NCBI GenBank assembly: GCA_964016885.1
Contig: OZ024762.1
Location: 26,660,001-26,724,000 of the forward strand
Length of the DNA: 64,000 nucleotides
Direction of reading: 5' to 3'
Source of the DNA: Eledone cirrhosa
Taxonomy: Eukaryota
Under the pieces are notes generated by a model. The model worked only from the letters and a program-made list of their open reading frames with translations. It made no database searches and had not been told where the DNA came from. Shown in pieces: positions 1-14,073 of the stretch; positions within the stretch are counted from its first letter, which is position 1, and every line of letters starts with the position of its first letter. The translations under genes and the position numbers were made by a program.

Positions 1-652
1 GGTAGCGGTTCACCTTGACCCTAGAGCAGATGGGGCTGCTGTGCATGGCATTGATCCAGCCCCTGAAAACGGGTCCGAAGCTTGCCGCCGCTAGCACCGC
101 ATCCATGTAACCATGGTCGACCCTATCGAATGCCTTAGATTGATCCAAGTTGATCAGGGCCCCACCAAAGCCGGGTTCGTTCCCAACCCTCTCTATGATG
201 TATCGCATGAGGTGGAGGTTATCGTGGATGGACCTGGACGGGATAGCACATGTCTGCGCATCTCCCACCAGGTTGCCCACGACAAGCGCCAACCTCTTTG
301 CTAGCACCTTGGCCAAAATCTGTAACTCTGTATTTAGCAGAGTTATGGGCCTGAAATTATTTATATCGTCCCCCTTGTTCTCGTCCTTCCTCACTAGCGT
401 GACTACGCCCTTGGTCACAGCACAGGGAATTCTCTCGTTCTGTCGCCAGTTGCAGTAGACCGCCTCGAGGAGTTCGGGGAACAAGTCCGGCATAGCTAGA
501 TATAGTTCGTATGGAAGACCATCGAGTCCCGGGGATTTGCGTTTGCCGCATTGGCTCAGCACATCCTCTATCTCAGCGGCTGAAATCGGCTCCTCGCAGG
601 ACTTAGTCTCCCTGTCCGAGAGACGCGGCAGGCCGTCGAGGTATGGACCGAA
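1..652 (-). pseudogene. L1/Tx1-clade LINE ORF2 fragment (RT region)
   Basis: Minus strand reads ...GLDGLPYELY...NFRPITLLNTELQILAKVLAKRLALVV...IHDNLHLMRYIIE...LINLDQSKAFDRVDH...; homologous to the copy at ~29370-29990. Confidence 0.9.
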
Positions 653-1092
653 GATAGAATTGGCCAAATACGCTTTACTAACTACTTATAGCAGATGTGT
701 TAGACCCCTTTAATTTTGTATCATTTTTGTTACTACTCCATTTCTACAATGTTTTTCTATTCTCAACTTATTAACCTGTAAATGTAAGATAGCATTGTGA
801 TTTTTTTAATTCTTTTCTCACTATCTAATTTTATATTTTTTTCTTTCTATTATCTTTTATTGTCCCCTACTCTCATTCGAATTACCTTTTCTATGACCTC
901 CCTCCTTCATGTCATAACCTATCCTTAGAATCTGCTGTATACATATCACTTTCAACGCTTGACCGGCTCCACTCACTCCCCTATTCTTCTACAGGCAAGT
1001 TCAGTCACCCCTACCTCCCACCAAATGCCATGAAAAGTTAGTCCAGAAATAGCCGTCGAAACGGCTTGAGCTCTGCCGTCGGTGTCATACTT

Positions 1093-2140
<1,048 letters not shown>

Positions 2141-2186
2141 TATATATATATATATATATATACATTATGAAGTATTTGTGTGTTTC

Positions 2187-2227
<41 letters not shown>

Positions 2228-2430
2228 TATTAAGGATACTATTTATGGTTATGCATATACAAAAACCTTTTGTAGTTGTATATATTTTTCAAACCCTAAA
2301 TAGTGATAGGCAGTACTATATTACTACCTTATTACCAGTAAGATAAATAGCTCAATGTAATAACATCAGTTGTTCTACAGAGCAGTTATATAGAAGTTAT
2401 AAGAATCAAAGTTCTGTTCAAATCATTTAT

Positions 2431-2480
2431 ACGCTTACAATTGTTTCTTCCAAACCGAGGTTTGTAGTCTTCGGAGCAAT
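2431..2480 (-). ncRNA. Hammerhead-like ribozyme, inverted copy of 3412-3460
   Basis: Reverse complement attgct-CCGAAGA-ctacaaacctcggtttggaa-GAAA-caatt-GTA-agcgt; part of inverted repeat ~2390-2515 / ~3375-3497. Confidence 0.6.
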
Positions 2481-3411
2481 TTATTAATGATTAATTACAT
2501 ACATGACCTCCTTTTAAACCCAAGAGACATACAGAAACATATGTATATATTTATGCTCGGTGGGTTGACATCCATTATAACATTTAGCGTGGCAATATAC
2601 ATTTAAAGATTTCAGTCATATCAGAAGAGGATAAAATTAAAGTTAAAATACAACAATGGCAGTTTATGAAAATAATGCGATAGGATAGTCAGAAGCAGTT
2701 AGTGTGTGCAATAGTTACACGTGTGGCAATCACGTGTGTCTTATTTATATAATATTATAGTGCGGCAGGGTGTTATATGTAATACAAGCACTTCAAGCGG
2801 GCAATCAAGAGTATTAAGGGGGTTGTACTGGTAATGTATCTTTTATATGAATGATATAGAAGCTTGTGTGTAGAGAAATATTATAAATATTAAAAATATT
2901 AAAAGTGTGTAGCAAAGCAATGTTATGGTTTTCGTGTACAACACCACTTTCACAGTCCGGGGAGCGTAATATCTAGATTATATGCCCTTCACATAATCCA
3001 CGATGATTCAATATTGGATGCTTGATGATACTGTTAGAATATCATAGTTTGTTGTTCTTTAGTCCAATTTATATAGCAGGTTGTTTTAGTTGCGAGAATT
3101 AACATCGTATTATTTACCGGGTGTGAGATTAAGGGGAGTTAATGCGTGAGGGGAGGTAACTCGCTGATTTCTATAACTAAATTTATTATCCTAATGTACA
3201 TTAAATGGTGTCTCAAATGAGTCCCTATCATATATGGTTATAAGCAGTTTCAAAAATTTAAAGTGTCCTATCTATAAATGACAGTGTAGTCTATCAAGAA
3301 GTATTAAAGGTGTTCATAATAGAGTGATTATCCTCCATTATAGAGTGCCATAATTGAATATTCCACATTGGGTTGAAAAGGAGGTCATGTATGTAATCAA
3401 TCACTAATAAA

Positions 3412-3460
3412 TTGCTCCGAAGACTCCAAACCTCGGTTTGGAAGAAACAATTGTAAGCGT
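3412..3460 (+). ncRNA. Type I minimal hammerhead-like ribozyme, variant core CCGAAGA
   Basis: ttgct-CCGAAGA-c tccaaacc tc ggtttgga a-GAAA-caatt-GTA-agcgt; palindromic ACAATTGT stem III. Confidence 0.65.
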
Positions 3461-3496
3461 ATAAATGATTTGAACAGAACTTTGATTCTTATAACT

Positions 3497-3535
<39 letters not shown>

Positions 3536-3790
3536 TTGAAGAGGTCACAGAATGTGTGACGAAAGAACTTTGACAATATATAAACAATCATATGGTTGTG
3601 GAACCAACCAACCAACCAACCGGAAATTTATAAATTCCTAAATTTATAAACTTATTATAATAAATTAAAGTGAAAGCAACTGGTGCGTGTGTTTCTTATT
3701 GGCAACATGACCCTCCCAAAGTATAACAATATCGGTTTCAACACACGTTTTCAGATAAAGAATCTTGCTAAACAAATTCAGAAACGAAAT
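3536..3790 (+). mobile_element. Solo PLE 3' end (pLTR remnant) starting inside an HHR core
   Basis: ttgaagaggtcacagaatgtgtgacgaaagaact... matches 42292-42490 and ends in gctaaacaaattcagaaacgaaat(AT)n. Confidence 0.8.
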
Positions 3791-3798
3791 ATATATAC

Positions 3799-3830
<32 letters not shown>

Positions 3831-3919
3831 AGGCACATAAATTTAGATATTTAAGTTCGTCATAAACGATAAATACGATAAGTGTCTTGTAGGTTGTATA
3901 CAGATTTTGTTTGCCATAA

Positions 3920-3972
<53 letters not shown>

Positions 3973-4051
3973 ATATGTGGGTGTATATATGTGCGTGTAT
4001 ATTTTGCATATGTGTGTATATATATATATCTGTGTATATGTATATACGTGC

Positions 4052-4115
<64 letters not shown>

Positions 4116-4207
4116 CGTTTCTGAATTTGTTTAGCAAGATTCTTTATCTGATATACACACACACATATATATATATGTGTGTGTGTGTGTGTTTATGTGT
4201 GTGCATA

Positions 4208-4282
<75 letters not shown>

Positions 4283-4649
4283 TAATACCTACGTACATAC
4301 AAACAGGGTGAGGCAGCTTTACTAAAAAGCTGTCGAAACCTAGTATAAACCCGACGATTAAATATGACAGTTAAGTGATAGCTTGACTATTGGTCTTACG
4401 TCTAACTCGTATCGATATATCGATATATCGATATATTGATATAGCATCATAAATGTTTCAGTCGATGATGAAGTCCATCAAATCTCTTATCTTCCATCTA
4501 AAAATATTGATTTCCAAAAATAATAGCTTGTGAACTCCAACAGTTGATTGGCTGGTGTATTTTAGTTTGTTTGTTGTTGTTGTAGTAGTGGTAGTATTAG
4601 TAGTAGTAGGGGTGGTGGTGGTGGTGGTAGTAGTAGTAGCAGCAGCATG

Positions 4650-5050
4650 AGGGTGGTGGATTGGCAGTAGCGGTAGATTTACGGCCCTTTACTATTTCAG
4701 TTCCAATCCCGCGGGGGTTAACTTTGCCTTTCATCCTTACGGTGTCGATGAAATAAAGTACCAGTAATGTACTGGGGTTGATTTAATGGACTTTTCCTTC
4801 TCCCAAAATTACTGGTCTTGTGCCTATATAAGAAATCATTATTATTATTATTATTATTGGCAGTATCGGTAGACGGTCGGACGCCCTGCTTTCCAGCATA
4901 GTTACGTCCCTTTATGATCTGAGTTCAAATCCCGCCGAGGTTGACTTTGCCGTTCATCCTTACGGGGTCGATAAAATAAAGTACCAGTAATGCACTGGGT
5001 AATTGCTGGCCTTGTGCCTAAAGTAGAAACAATTATTATTATTATTATTG
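4650..5050 (+). mobile_element. Two tandem tRNA-derived SINEs
   Basis: A-box-like tggcagtatcggtaga, B-box-like gagttcaaatccc, conserved body ctttgcctttcatccttacggggtcgataaaataaagtaccagt, (ATT)n tails. Confidence 0.85.
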
Positions 5051-5320
5051 TTCTTTGAGTCTCAGTCATTGATGTTAGTTAACTGGAAAGTTTGTTGAAA
5101 TGAATATCAACCCGCTACTTGCAGCCTCAGATATTCAGGACGTATCGGAGGCTTCTTGCTGTTCCCCGCAAGCATGCCTTTTGAAGCGTTCCAAAAGGCG
5201 TGGCGGGGCCAATTTTCTTTAACCATCCCTGGAAACTTTTTGAGATAGTACCTAGTGCGCCTATGACAATCGGGACCACTTTGACTTCATGGCAGCTCCA
5301 AATCATTTTTACCTCCCACA
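5051..5320 (-). pseudogene. R4/Dong-type non-LTR retrotransposon 3' fragment
   Basis: ...VKVVPIVIGALGTI...LQKACLRGTARSLRYVLNI* is the RLE C-terminus; followed by 3'UTR and (TAA)n. Confidence 0.8.
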
Positions 5321-6976
5321 TTATTATTATTATTATTACAGTTACATTTATCTTGCTTTATGTTCATACGAGTTGTCACCAAGTCACAACCAGTGACCTC
5401 AAGAGACAACAAGGTCCGCCATGTTCAAGAAAGAACATACATACTCACACATGCTTCTTTAGTGTTTAGACTTGTGATGTACTTATATTGACAGAATCTT
5501 CCTTAGTATATGGGCAGTTCCCATTAGTACTATCTTTTGTATTTCTCCTATACGCGGGTTTCCTGGGATTTGCGATAAGTAATCATTAGACCCCTTAGGT
5601 ATCATTCCCAGAGCGCCTACAACCACTGGTATTGTTTTAGTTCTCAATTTCCACATTTTTCCAATTTCTATCTCCAGGTCCTTATACTTGCTCAATTTTT
5701 CAAATGTTTTTATAGATACATTCTTGTCTATTGGAACAGACATATCAATTAGCAGGCATACCCTCTTTTGAAAGTCTTTCAATATTATATCAGGTCTGTT
5801 TGCATCTATTTTTCGGTCTGTTTGGATGCTAAAGTTCCACAAGATTGAGATGTGATCTTTTTCAAGTATGGGAGGTGGTTGATGCTCCCACCAATTCTTT
5901 TGATGGGGCAGGTCAAAATGCTTACACATTATCCAATGTATGTATTGTGCAGCTCTGTCATGCCTGTTTAGGTATTCGGTTGGAGCTATAGGACTGCACA
6001 TTGAAATTATATGGTCAATGGTCTCTGGTTGTTTTTCGCATACACGGCATAATAGGCAGCACCCATTTTTTATTATGTTGGCTTGGTAATTTTTTGTTGG
6101 CAGACACTGATCTTGTGCCGATATAATCAGTCCTTCAGTCTCCGATTTCAGTCCAGAGGATGCCAACCACTGATGGGTTAAAGTTTTGTCAACATCAGGA
6201 TTGTTAGCTCGCTCTGGGTATTTTCCATACAGAGGCTTTTCTTGCCATTTCTTAGCCAGTTTCTGTAGCAGTTCTTTCTTTGCAGTTACTTTTACCTGTT
6301 TTGCTTTTTCTGTGTTTTCCATTTCAGCAGTAAATGGGACTTCTGAAATTTGTAGTCCATTACTGTATCTTTGTGCATCTTTTGTAATGGAATATGATCT
6401 TTTGATGCTTTCGTGTTTCAAAACGAGTTTGATCATCCAATCATGTGATTCCCTTAGATATGTAGATAATCCAATTGTTGCAGTTTTCAACGCAATGTCT
6501 AATTGGATTAACCCACGTCCTCCTTCTTTCGTAGGGAGATATATTCTATCTATATCTGCCTTAGGGTGATGCATTCTGTGCATGGTTAAGAATTTTCGAA
6601 TTTTTGTATCGAGCCTACGGATCTCTGTGCTTGACCAGTTGATGACATTGTAACTGTAGGTTACTACTGGTATGGCAAGCGTGTTTATGGCATCGATCCT
6701 ATTCCTTGCATTCAATTCCGTTCTTAAGATTGCTCTTACTCTGCGGTAACATTTCATCCTTATCCTTTCCCTCATTGTCGAGTGCTTGATTCCGTCTCCT
6801 TCACAAACACCTAGATATTTGTAAGTTTTTTTCTTGATCAAGTTCTCTTATCACGTTCCCTCGATCAAGATTAATGTCTGAACTCTTCAGCAGCTTTCCT
6901 CTGGTGAACGTTGCTTTGGCGCATTTATCTAGTCCAAACTCCATTTTAATGTCATCACTGAACTGCTTCACAGTGG
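5321..6976 (-). mobile_element. 5'-truncated R4/Dong-type non-LTR retrotransposon (RT C-terminus, CCHC, restriction-like endonuclease); ORF 5483-6841
   Basis: FSDDIKMEFGLDKCA, YKYLG, GGRGL, AQDQ, CRVC..ETIDHIISMC, RHD, NRPDII, KLSKY, VVGALG motifs; 3'UTR ends in (TAA)n. Confidence 0.92.
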
Positions 6977-6978
6977 AT

Positions 6979-7016
<38 letters not shown>

Positions 7017-7017
<1 letters not shown>

Positions 7018-7590
7018 GGTGGTGGATTGACAATATCGGAGAGGGCCATCCTTTGTGTCATAGAGTTACGGCACTTTACAGTATGAGTTCAAATTCCACC
7101 GAGTTTAGCTTTGCATTTCATCTCTACGGAGTTGATAAAATAAAGTACCAGTAATGCACTGAGGTAATTGCTGGACTTGTGCCAAAAGTAGAAACAAGTA
7201 TCATTAATAATAGTATCGGCAGTATGGATAGAGCGTCAGACACCATACTTTCCAGCATAGAGTTATAGCCCTTTATGTTCTGAGTTGAACTCTCACCGAG
7301 GTTAACTTTGCCTTTCATTCTTACGAGGTCGATAAAATAAAGTACCACTAATGGACTAGGGTTGATTTAATCGACTTTCCCCTCCCCAAAATGTGTTCGA
7401 TTTTTGCCTAAATCAGAAACCATGGGGCGCTGGATTGGCAGTATTGGTAGAGCGACGGACAACTTGCTTTCCGGCATATAGTTACGGCCCTTTACGTTCT
7501 GAGTTCAAATCTCGCCGAGGTTAGCTTCGCCTTTCATCCTTACGAGTTTGATAAAATAAAGTACCAGTAAGGCACTGGAGTCGATTTAAT
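7017..7590 (+). mobile_element. Three tandem tRNA-derived SINE copies
   Basis: Same SINE body as 4650-5050 at ~7017, ~7215 and ~7424; preceded by (TAG)n. Confidence 0.85.
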
Positions 7591-8690
7591 CCATACATGC
7601 TGTGTGCATGGAGTCGTAACTCACAGGGGAGACGTATATCAATACGGCGTTTCTCGAACATTTCAAAACCTGGCGGAGTCCATCACCTGACCAGGTCTGA
7701 ATGCAGCAGAGTTCTTCAATAGAAGGATAGAGAGAGTGAAAAAGAGATATAGAGGAAGAATCGACCCTAGTACTATTTTCTATTTTTATCGACGGCGAAT
7801 GGATGAAAGACAAAGTTGGCTGGACGTCGGTGGGATTTGAACTCAGAATGAAGAGAGCTGAAACGAAAACGACAAAGCATTCTATCTGAAGGTCAAACTA
7901 TCCTTACAAGCTGTATGTATGGACGCGTAACTCCCAGGGAATTGTCGGGGTGCCCCATATCAATACGGCGGCTCTTGAGCATTTTTAAACCTGGCGGAGC
8001 CCTTCTCTCCACCAGGCCTGAATATAGGAGACTTCTTCAAGAGAAGGATAGGGAGAAAGTGAGAGAGAAGGTGAGAGAAAGCAAGTGAGAAAGAGATATA
8101 GAGAAACAATCGGTCCCAATACTAGACAATTAATTTTTGTTATCGACCTCCGATGGATGAAAGACCTCAGCGGGATTTGAACTGAGAACGAAGATAGCCG
8201 AAAGGAAAGCCACAAAGCATTCTATGCGACCTTCAAACGTCTCTGTCAATTCCCCAACTATCAAACTATCCATACAAGCTGTATGTATGGACGCGTAACT
8301 CCCAGGGAATTGGTCGGGGTGCCCTATATCAATACGGCGGTTCTTGAGTATTTTTAAACCTGTCGGAATCCGTTCACCTACCAGGCCACCAGGCCTGAAT
8401 ACAGCAGATTTCTTCAAGAGAAGGATAGAGAGAAAGTGAGAGAAAGGAAGTGAAAGAAAGGAAGTGAGAAAGAGATATAGAGGAACAATCGACCCCAGTA
8501 CTAGACAATTAATTTTTTTATCGAACTCCGATGCATGAAAGGCAAAGTTGACTTGGCCTCAGCGGGGTTTGAACTCAAAACGAAGAGAGCCGAAAGGAAA
8601 GCCACATACTATACGACCTTCAAACGTCGCTGCCAACTATCCAACTATCGATACATGCTAACCATGGCTATTCTATTTATTCTAGCTCGC
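7590..8690 (-). repeat. Three diverged ~330-390 bp tandem units, each containing a minus-strand SINE
   Basis: Recurrent gctgtatgtatggacgcgtaactcccagggaatt...ccaggcctgaat...gaaggatag...atgaaaggcaaagttgac...ggatttgaactcagaacg at ~7600, ~7910 and ~8278. Confidence 0.75.
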
Positions 8691-9108
8691 CGCAAACTAA
8701 TCAATAATTCTATCTTAACCAACAACAGAAAAATTCTGTTGGTCAGATATAAATTTAGCGTTACAATACTTTCTATGGTGCGGGATTCGGCGTAATTAAT
8801 ATGTAATGAATTAATTATCTACCTTATTATAAAACTAATTAGCTTTTTTTTTAATTCATGTATTTGTTAATACCAATTGTAACTTCGATAATTGCCAATG
8901 AAAATTCTTTTGTTATGTACCACATATGAATTATTTAACGCTCCATTCTCTTCGCCTTCGCTATTCTCTCAGAATCCAGAAATTTCCGAAGCGTAAAACG
9001 ACAATATATATACACTTTTGTATGGAGTAAATAGGACTCTACGTTTACATGCAACTGCTTGCATGTATATATATGTGTGTGTGTGTGCGTGTGTGTGTGT
9101 GCGTGTGC

Positions 9109-9139
<31 letters not shown>

Positions 9140-9263
9140 CGTGTGTATGTACGCGTGTATGTGTGTATATATAAGTGGGTATATATATATATATATATAT
9201 CTATGTATGCCATTTTTTGGCTCTCAGTGATACTACAAACGTTGTTATATAAATATAAATGAG

Positions 9264-9315
<52 letters not shown>

Positions 9316-9459
9316 CATGAGCATACAAGATTCATATTTCTTATCAAGTACGCTTATATATATATGTGTGGTTGCATGCATGAAGATATATATGTGTGTG
9401 TATATATATATATATGTGTGTGTGTGTATATACATATATATATATGTGTGTGTGTGTAT

Positions 9460-9499
<40 letters not shown>

Positions 9500-9598
9500 G
9501 TATTTGAAAAGGGAGTTATAGAGAAAATGTGGAATTGTAAATAGCACGGAAAATATATATATCGCCCCTCCCTTCCTTAACTCTCTCTCTCTCTCTCT

Positions 9599-9677
<79 letters not shown>

Positions 9678-9838
9678 CGTTCTCCATGTTCCCTCCTTCT
9701 CTCTCTCATCGTTTCACTAGCGGAACGTTTCTTTCAGACCAGAAATAACTAGCACACGCAAGTGTAAAACATCTACGTGACGAATAAAAGATTAACTTAT
9801 ATATTTTGAACACCCGTGTAGCCATCTTCGGAGTGTTG

Positions 9839-9922
<84 letters not shown>

Positions 9923-9927
9923 ATATA

Positions 9928-10031
9928 TAGGGTGTCCGCAAAAATATATACAGTACATACTTCAACAGCAGTCTAATAAATATTGCCTGTACAGTAATCA
10001 AAGTGTGTATACATTTTGGCGGGATACCCTG
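9928..10031. mobile_element. Tc1/mariner-type MITE (~104 bp)
   Basis: Imperfect TIRs tagggtgtccgcaaaaatatatac / gtatacattttggcgggataccctg, flanked by TA. Confidence 0.6.
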
Positions 10032-10037
10032 TATAAA

Positions 10038-10109
<72 letters not shown>

Positions 10110-10871
10110 CGGCGTTTGTGTATTGGTAATTAAAGGTACGACCAGAGTACCGAAAGGACAGTAGTGGTCAGGTCGTTTGTGCAATTAAATTTACAGCTTC
10201 GGTTAGGAGACAGCCAACAAGTAGTGGCTCATATTTAGGTATTGGCTTAATGCATTGTGATTTGTTGGATTTGAGGAGAAGCTGTTGTATTGTGATTGAT
10301 AGGTGGCAATTAAGGCTTCTCCAAACGATGTTATATTGCAGTTATCAGTGTGGCATAAGTGGAAATGTTTAATCAAGTTAGATAGGTGCTTGCCATATTA
10401 TAACATTCTAACAATATTATGGCAATGCTTTGGTTGCGTCGGAAAATAGGAGAGGAAGAGAGGAAATGATAAGAGGAGGAGAGGGGAGAAAAGAGGAAAA
10501 GATAAGAGAAGAGGGGAGAGAAGAGAAACGAGAAAAGAGAAAAGAGAAGAGAAAAGAAGAGAAGTATTTCTGTATTAAGTGGTTAACAAATGCAACAGTC
10601 ATTTGATTTACGATAACATGCATAGACGAAAATATGTAAAAACTACATTAATACATTCTTATACATTCATATACTATTTATTATGTTGTAAGGGTCTCTA
10701 TCATGGCCTGGTGGTTAGTGTGGACAATGTGGACAATCCAACAGGTTGTGTTCTTAAGCAAGACTCTTTATTTCATGTTCCGTTCAGACTAACTTTATTT
10801 AGCCCCAAATACGGTGTAAGCATATATCTCTACTTTAATTTCAAACTTCGCTCGGTGTTTCATAAACACGG

Positions 10872-10942
<71 letters not shown>

Positions 10943-11109
10943 TCTGCTAGTTATTATGTTGTAAGGGTCTGTCATGACCTAGTAGTTAATGTGGGCAATA
11001 CAACACGTGTTCTTAAGCAAGACTCTTTATTTCCGTATTAAATGGTTAATAAATGTAAGTCATTCGGTTTTACAATGACACATGAAAGGAAAGTATGTAA
11101 CATCGGCTA

Positions 11110-11640
11110 TATATATACAGTTATTAAGAAGAGTTGAAATGAATGCATGCAAGATTTCACAGCTCTAGCATTATTCCTACATAATCAGCCTATGAATATT
11201 TCAGCTGACTCTATTTTTTTCTAGGAAGTTCATAGGCTGACCAAGATAATCTCCTGGAATTACCAGATGAGCTTTATTTTTCAAGAGAAAAGAAACGATG
11301 CAGTTATTGATAAAAGAGTTGAAATTGATACATGCAAGATTTTACAGCTCTAACATCAATCCTTCATTGTCAGCCTATGAACTATTCAGCTCATGCTCGT
11401 GTGCACGTATATATATATATTTATTTATATATTTTTACACACACACACATATATAATATACGAGGCTCGACTGAAAAGTTCATAGGCCAAGCAAGATACT
11501 CTCATGGAATGACCAAATGAGATTTATTTTTCAACGAGGTCCCTGAAAACAAATAATGCAGTTATTTATAAGAGAGGTGAAATTGATGCATGTAAGATTT
11601 CACAGCTCTAGCATCAATCCTTCATAGTTAGCCTACTCTC
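11110..11640. repeat. Diverged ~200-240 bp tandem repeat, possibly from a mariner-like MITE
   Basis: Three copies of gcagttatt...agagttgaaat...catgcaagatttcacagctctagcatcaatccttcat...cagcctatgaa; TIR-like tacgaggctcgactgaaaagttcataggc at ~11459. Confidence 0.5.
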
Positions 11641-11774
11641 GTATTAATATATATGGTTAGGTTTTTAATACATACCTTGTTGTATTGTTTTCTTTTCTCC
11701 CTCTCTCCCTCTCTAATTTTTTTATATTTTATATAATTTTATATATATACATTAAATATAATTTTATATATATG

Positions 11775-11807
<33 letters not shown>

Positions 11808-11917
11808 TACCGGTCCGAATCGAAACGTTAAGAGCCTCCTCCTGTTATTTCTAGTGTTAAACTGATATATTCCTTCCATATACTGTACCGATTGTGTTGT
11901 TATTTTTTTTACCTTTT

Positions 11918-11986
<69 letters not shown>

Positions 11987-12500
11987 TGAGATATATATAT
12001 ATATATATATATATATACTTTTTTGGCTTATACCTAGAATAATATAAACCAGAAACTATATATAATAGAAAAGATGCTGAATATAGCCGAGCTGGCTGAA
12101 TGGCAGATAAAGTTTTTATGAACTTAGACAACATAGTAAATCATCCTTCGAACCAAACACCTGACATGACTGTTTCCAAACATGATAGGTTTCAAAAATG
12201 TTACGTACTGAAAAGACGTATGGTAACAGGGATATTTGTTTTATTATCTATGGTAATTCTTATAGAAACAGATGTAGACCCATACGTCAAGTAATGTTGC
12301 CGACGTCAAAACGAGGCCCTGTTTTCATAAATTCCTTGGGGCCCTATCATTTTATCAATGATGCTAACAAAAGATGTGTATGAGATGAGCAAAATGCACG
12401 CCATCTTAATTTTTTATTATATTCGTTGATTTTCGATGAAGGAAGTTATTTTTAGAGATTTATATATTATCGCTCACCAATTTGAATTATGTTCATCATA

Positions 12501-12557
<57 letters not shown>

Positions 12558-12847
12558 AAATAACGAAACGAAATTAAATTTCGTTTCGTTTGTAACTCAC
12601 TTTTGTATGACTGACGCTTAAACAATTAAGTTAAAAAATGTACATCTACATATGCATACTGAAATACTAGTGTGTATATGAATACACACACGTATACATA
12701 TGTAGGTGTACCAAGTCTTTCACTGGTCGCTTTACAGTGAGCGGCCCAGCTATTCTGTATGTAAACACACAGACAAACCGGTTTTTAGAGTCATACTGGT
12801 TTTTCGGGGGAACACCTTCCCCCTATTCTCCAGAAAGCCAGACAAGG

Positions 12848-12892
12848 AACATTGAACTAGTTTCGTTGTTGTTACAACTCATCAGCAATATT
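12848..12892 (-). ncRNA. Type I hammerhead ribozyme (family A, unit 1)
   Basis: aatattg-CTGATGA-gttgt aaca acaac-GAAA-cta-GTT-caatgtt; palindromic ACTAGT stem III. Confidence 0.9.
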
Positions 12893-13316
12893 TACCTATC
12901 TACCGGCCTTTCTGGAGAATTGTAAAAGCACATATCGTTATATGCTTTTTCTATGAAAATTAGTAGTGGGCAGACTAATTTACATAGAGTGTGAGTACGC
13001 ACCGGTTCAGCGGAGACGATAAAAACAAATAACGAAACGAAATTAAATTTCGTTTCGTTTGTAACTCACTTTTGTATGACTGACGCTTAAACAATTAAGT
13101 TAAAAAATGTACATCTACATATGCATACTGAAATACTAGTGTGTATATGAATACACACACGTATACATATGTAGGTGTACCAAGTCTTTCACTGGTCGCT
13201 TTACAGTGAGCGGCCCAGCTATTCTGTATGTAAACACACAGACAAACCGGTTTTTAGAGTCATACTGGTTTTTCGGGGGAACACCTTCCCCCTATTCTCC
13301 AGAAAGCCAGACAAGG

Positions 13317-13361
13317 AACATTGAACTAGTTTCGTTGTTGTTACAACTCATCAGCAATATT
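13317..13361 (-). ncRNA. Type I hammerhead ribozyme (family A, unit 2)
   Basis: Identical to 12848-12892. Confidence 0.9.
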
Positions 13362-14028
13362 TACCTATCTACCGGCCTTTCTGGAGAATTGTAAAAGCAC
13401 ATATCGTTATATGCTTTTTCTATGAAAATTAGTAGTGGGCAGACTAATTTGCATAGAGTGTGAGTACGCACCGGTTCTGCGGAGACGATAAAAACAAATA
13501 ACGAAACGAAATTAAATTTCGTTTCGTTTGTAACTCACTTTTGTATGACTGACGCTTAAACAATTAAGTTAAAAAATGTACATCTACATATGCATACTGA
13601 AATACTAGTGTGTATATGAATACACACACGTATACATATGTAGGTGTACCAAGTCTTTCACTGGTCGCTTTACAGTGAGCGGCCCAGCTATTCTGTATGT
13701 AAACACACAGACAAACCGGTTTTTAGAGTCATACTGGTTTTTCGGGGGAACACCTTCCCCCTATTCTCCAGAAAGCCAGACAAGGAACATTGAACTAGTT
13801 TCGTTGTTGTTACTTTTTTAACTTAATTGTTTAAGCGTCAGTCATACAAAAGTGAGTTACAAACGAAACGAAATTTAATTTCGTTTCGTTATTTGTTTTT
13901 ATCGTCTCCGCTGAACCGGTGCGTACTCACACTCTATGCAAATTAGTCTGCCCACTACTAATTTTCATAGAAAAAGCATATAACGATATGTGCTTTTACA
14001 ATTCTCCAGAAAGGCCGGTAGATAGGTA

Positions 14029-14073
14029 AACATTGCTGATGAGTTGTAACAACCACGAAACTAGTTCAATATT
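14029..14073 (+). ncRNA. Type I hammerhead ribozyme (family A, inverted arm)
   Basis: aacattg-CTGATGA-gttgtaacaaccac-GAAA-cta-GTT-caatatt; one mismatch each in stems I and II. Confidence 0.8.

Noticed and set aside
4860-4940. tRNA genes
   Set aside because: Only A/B-box-like SINE heads; no complete cloverleaf.
12737-12925. 62-aa ORF repeated in each family A unit
   Set aside because: GTG start, antisense to the HHR, no recognisable motif and not conserved in family B; identity only reflects recent duplication.
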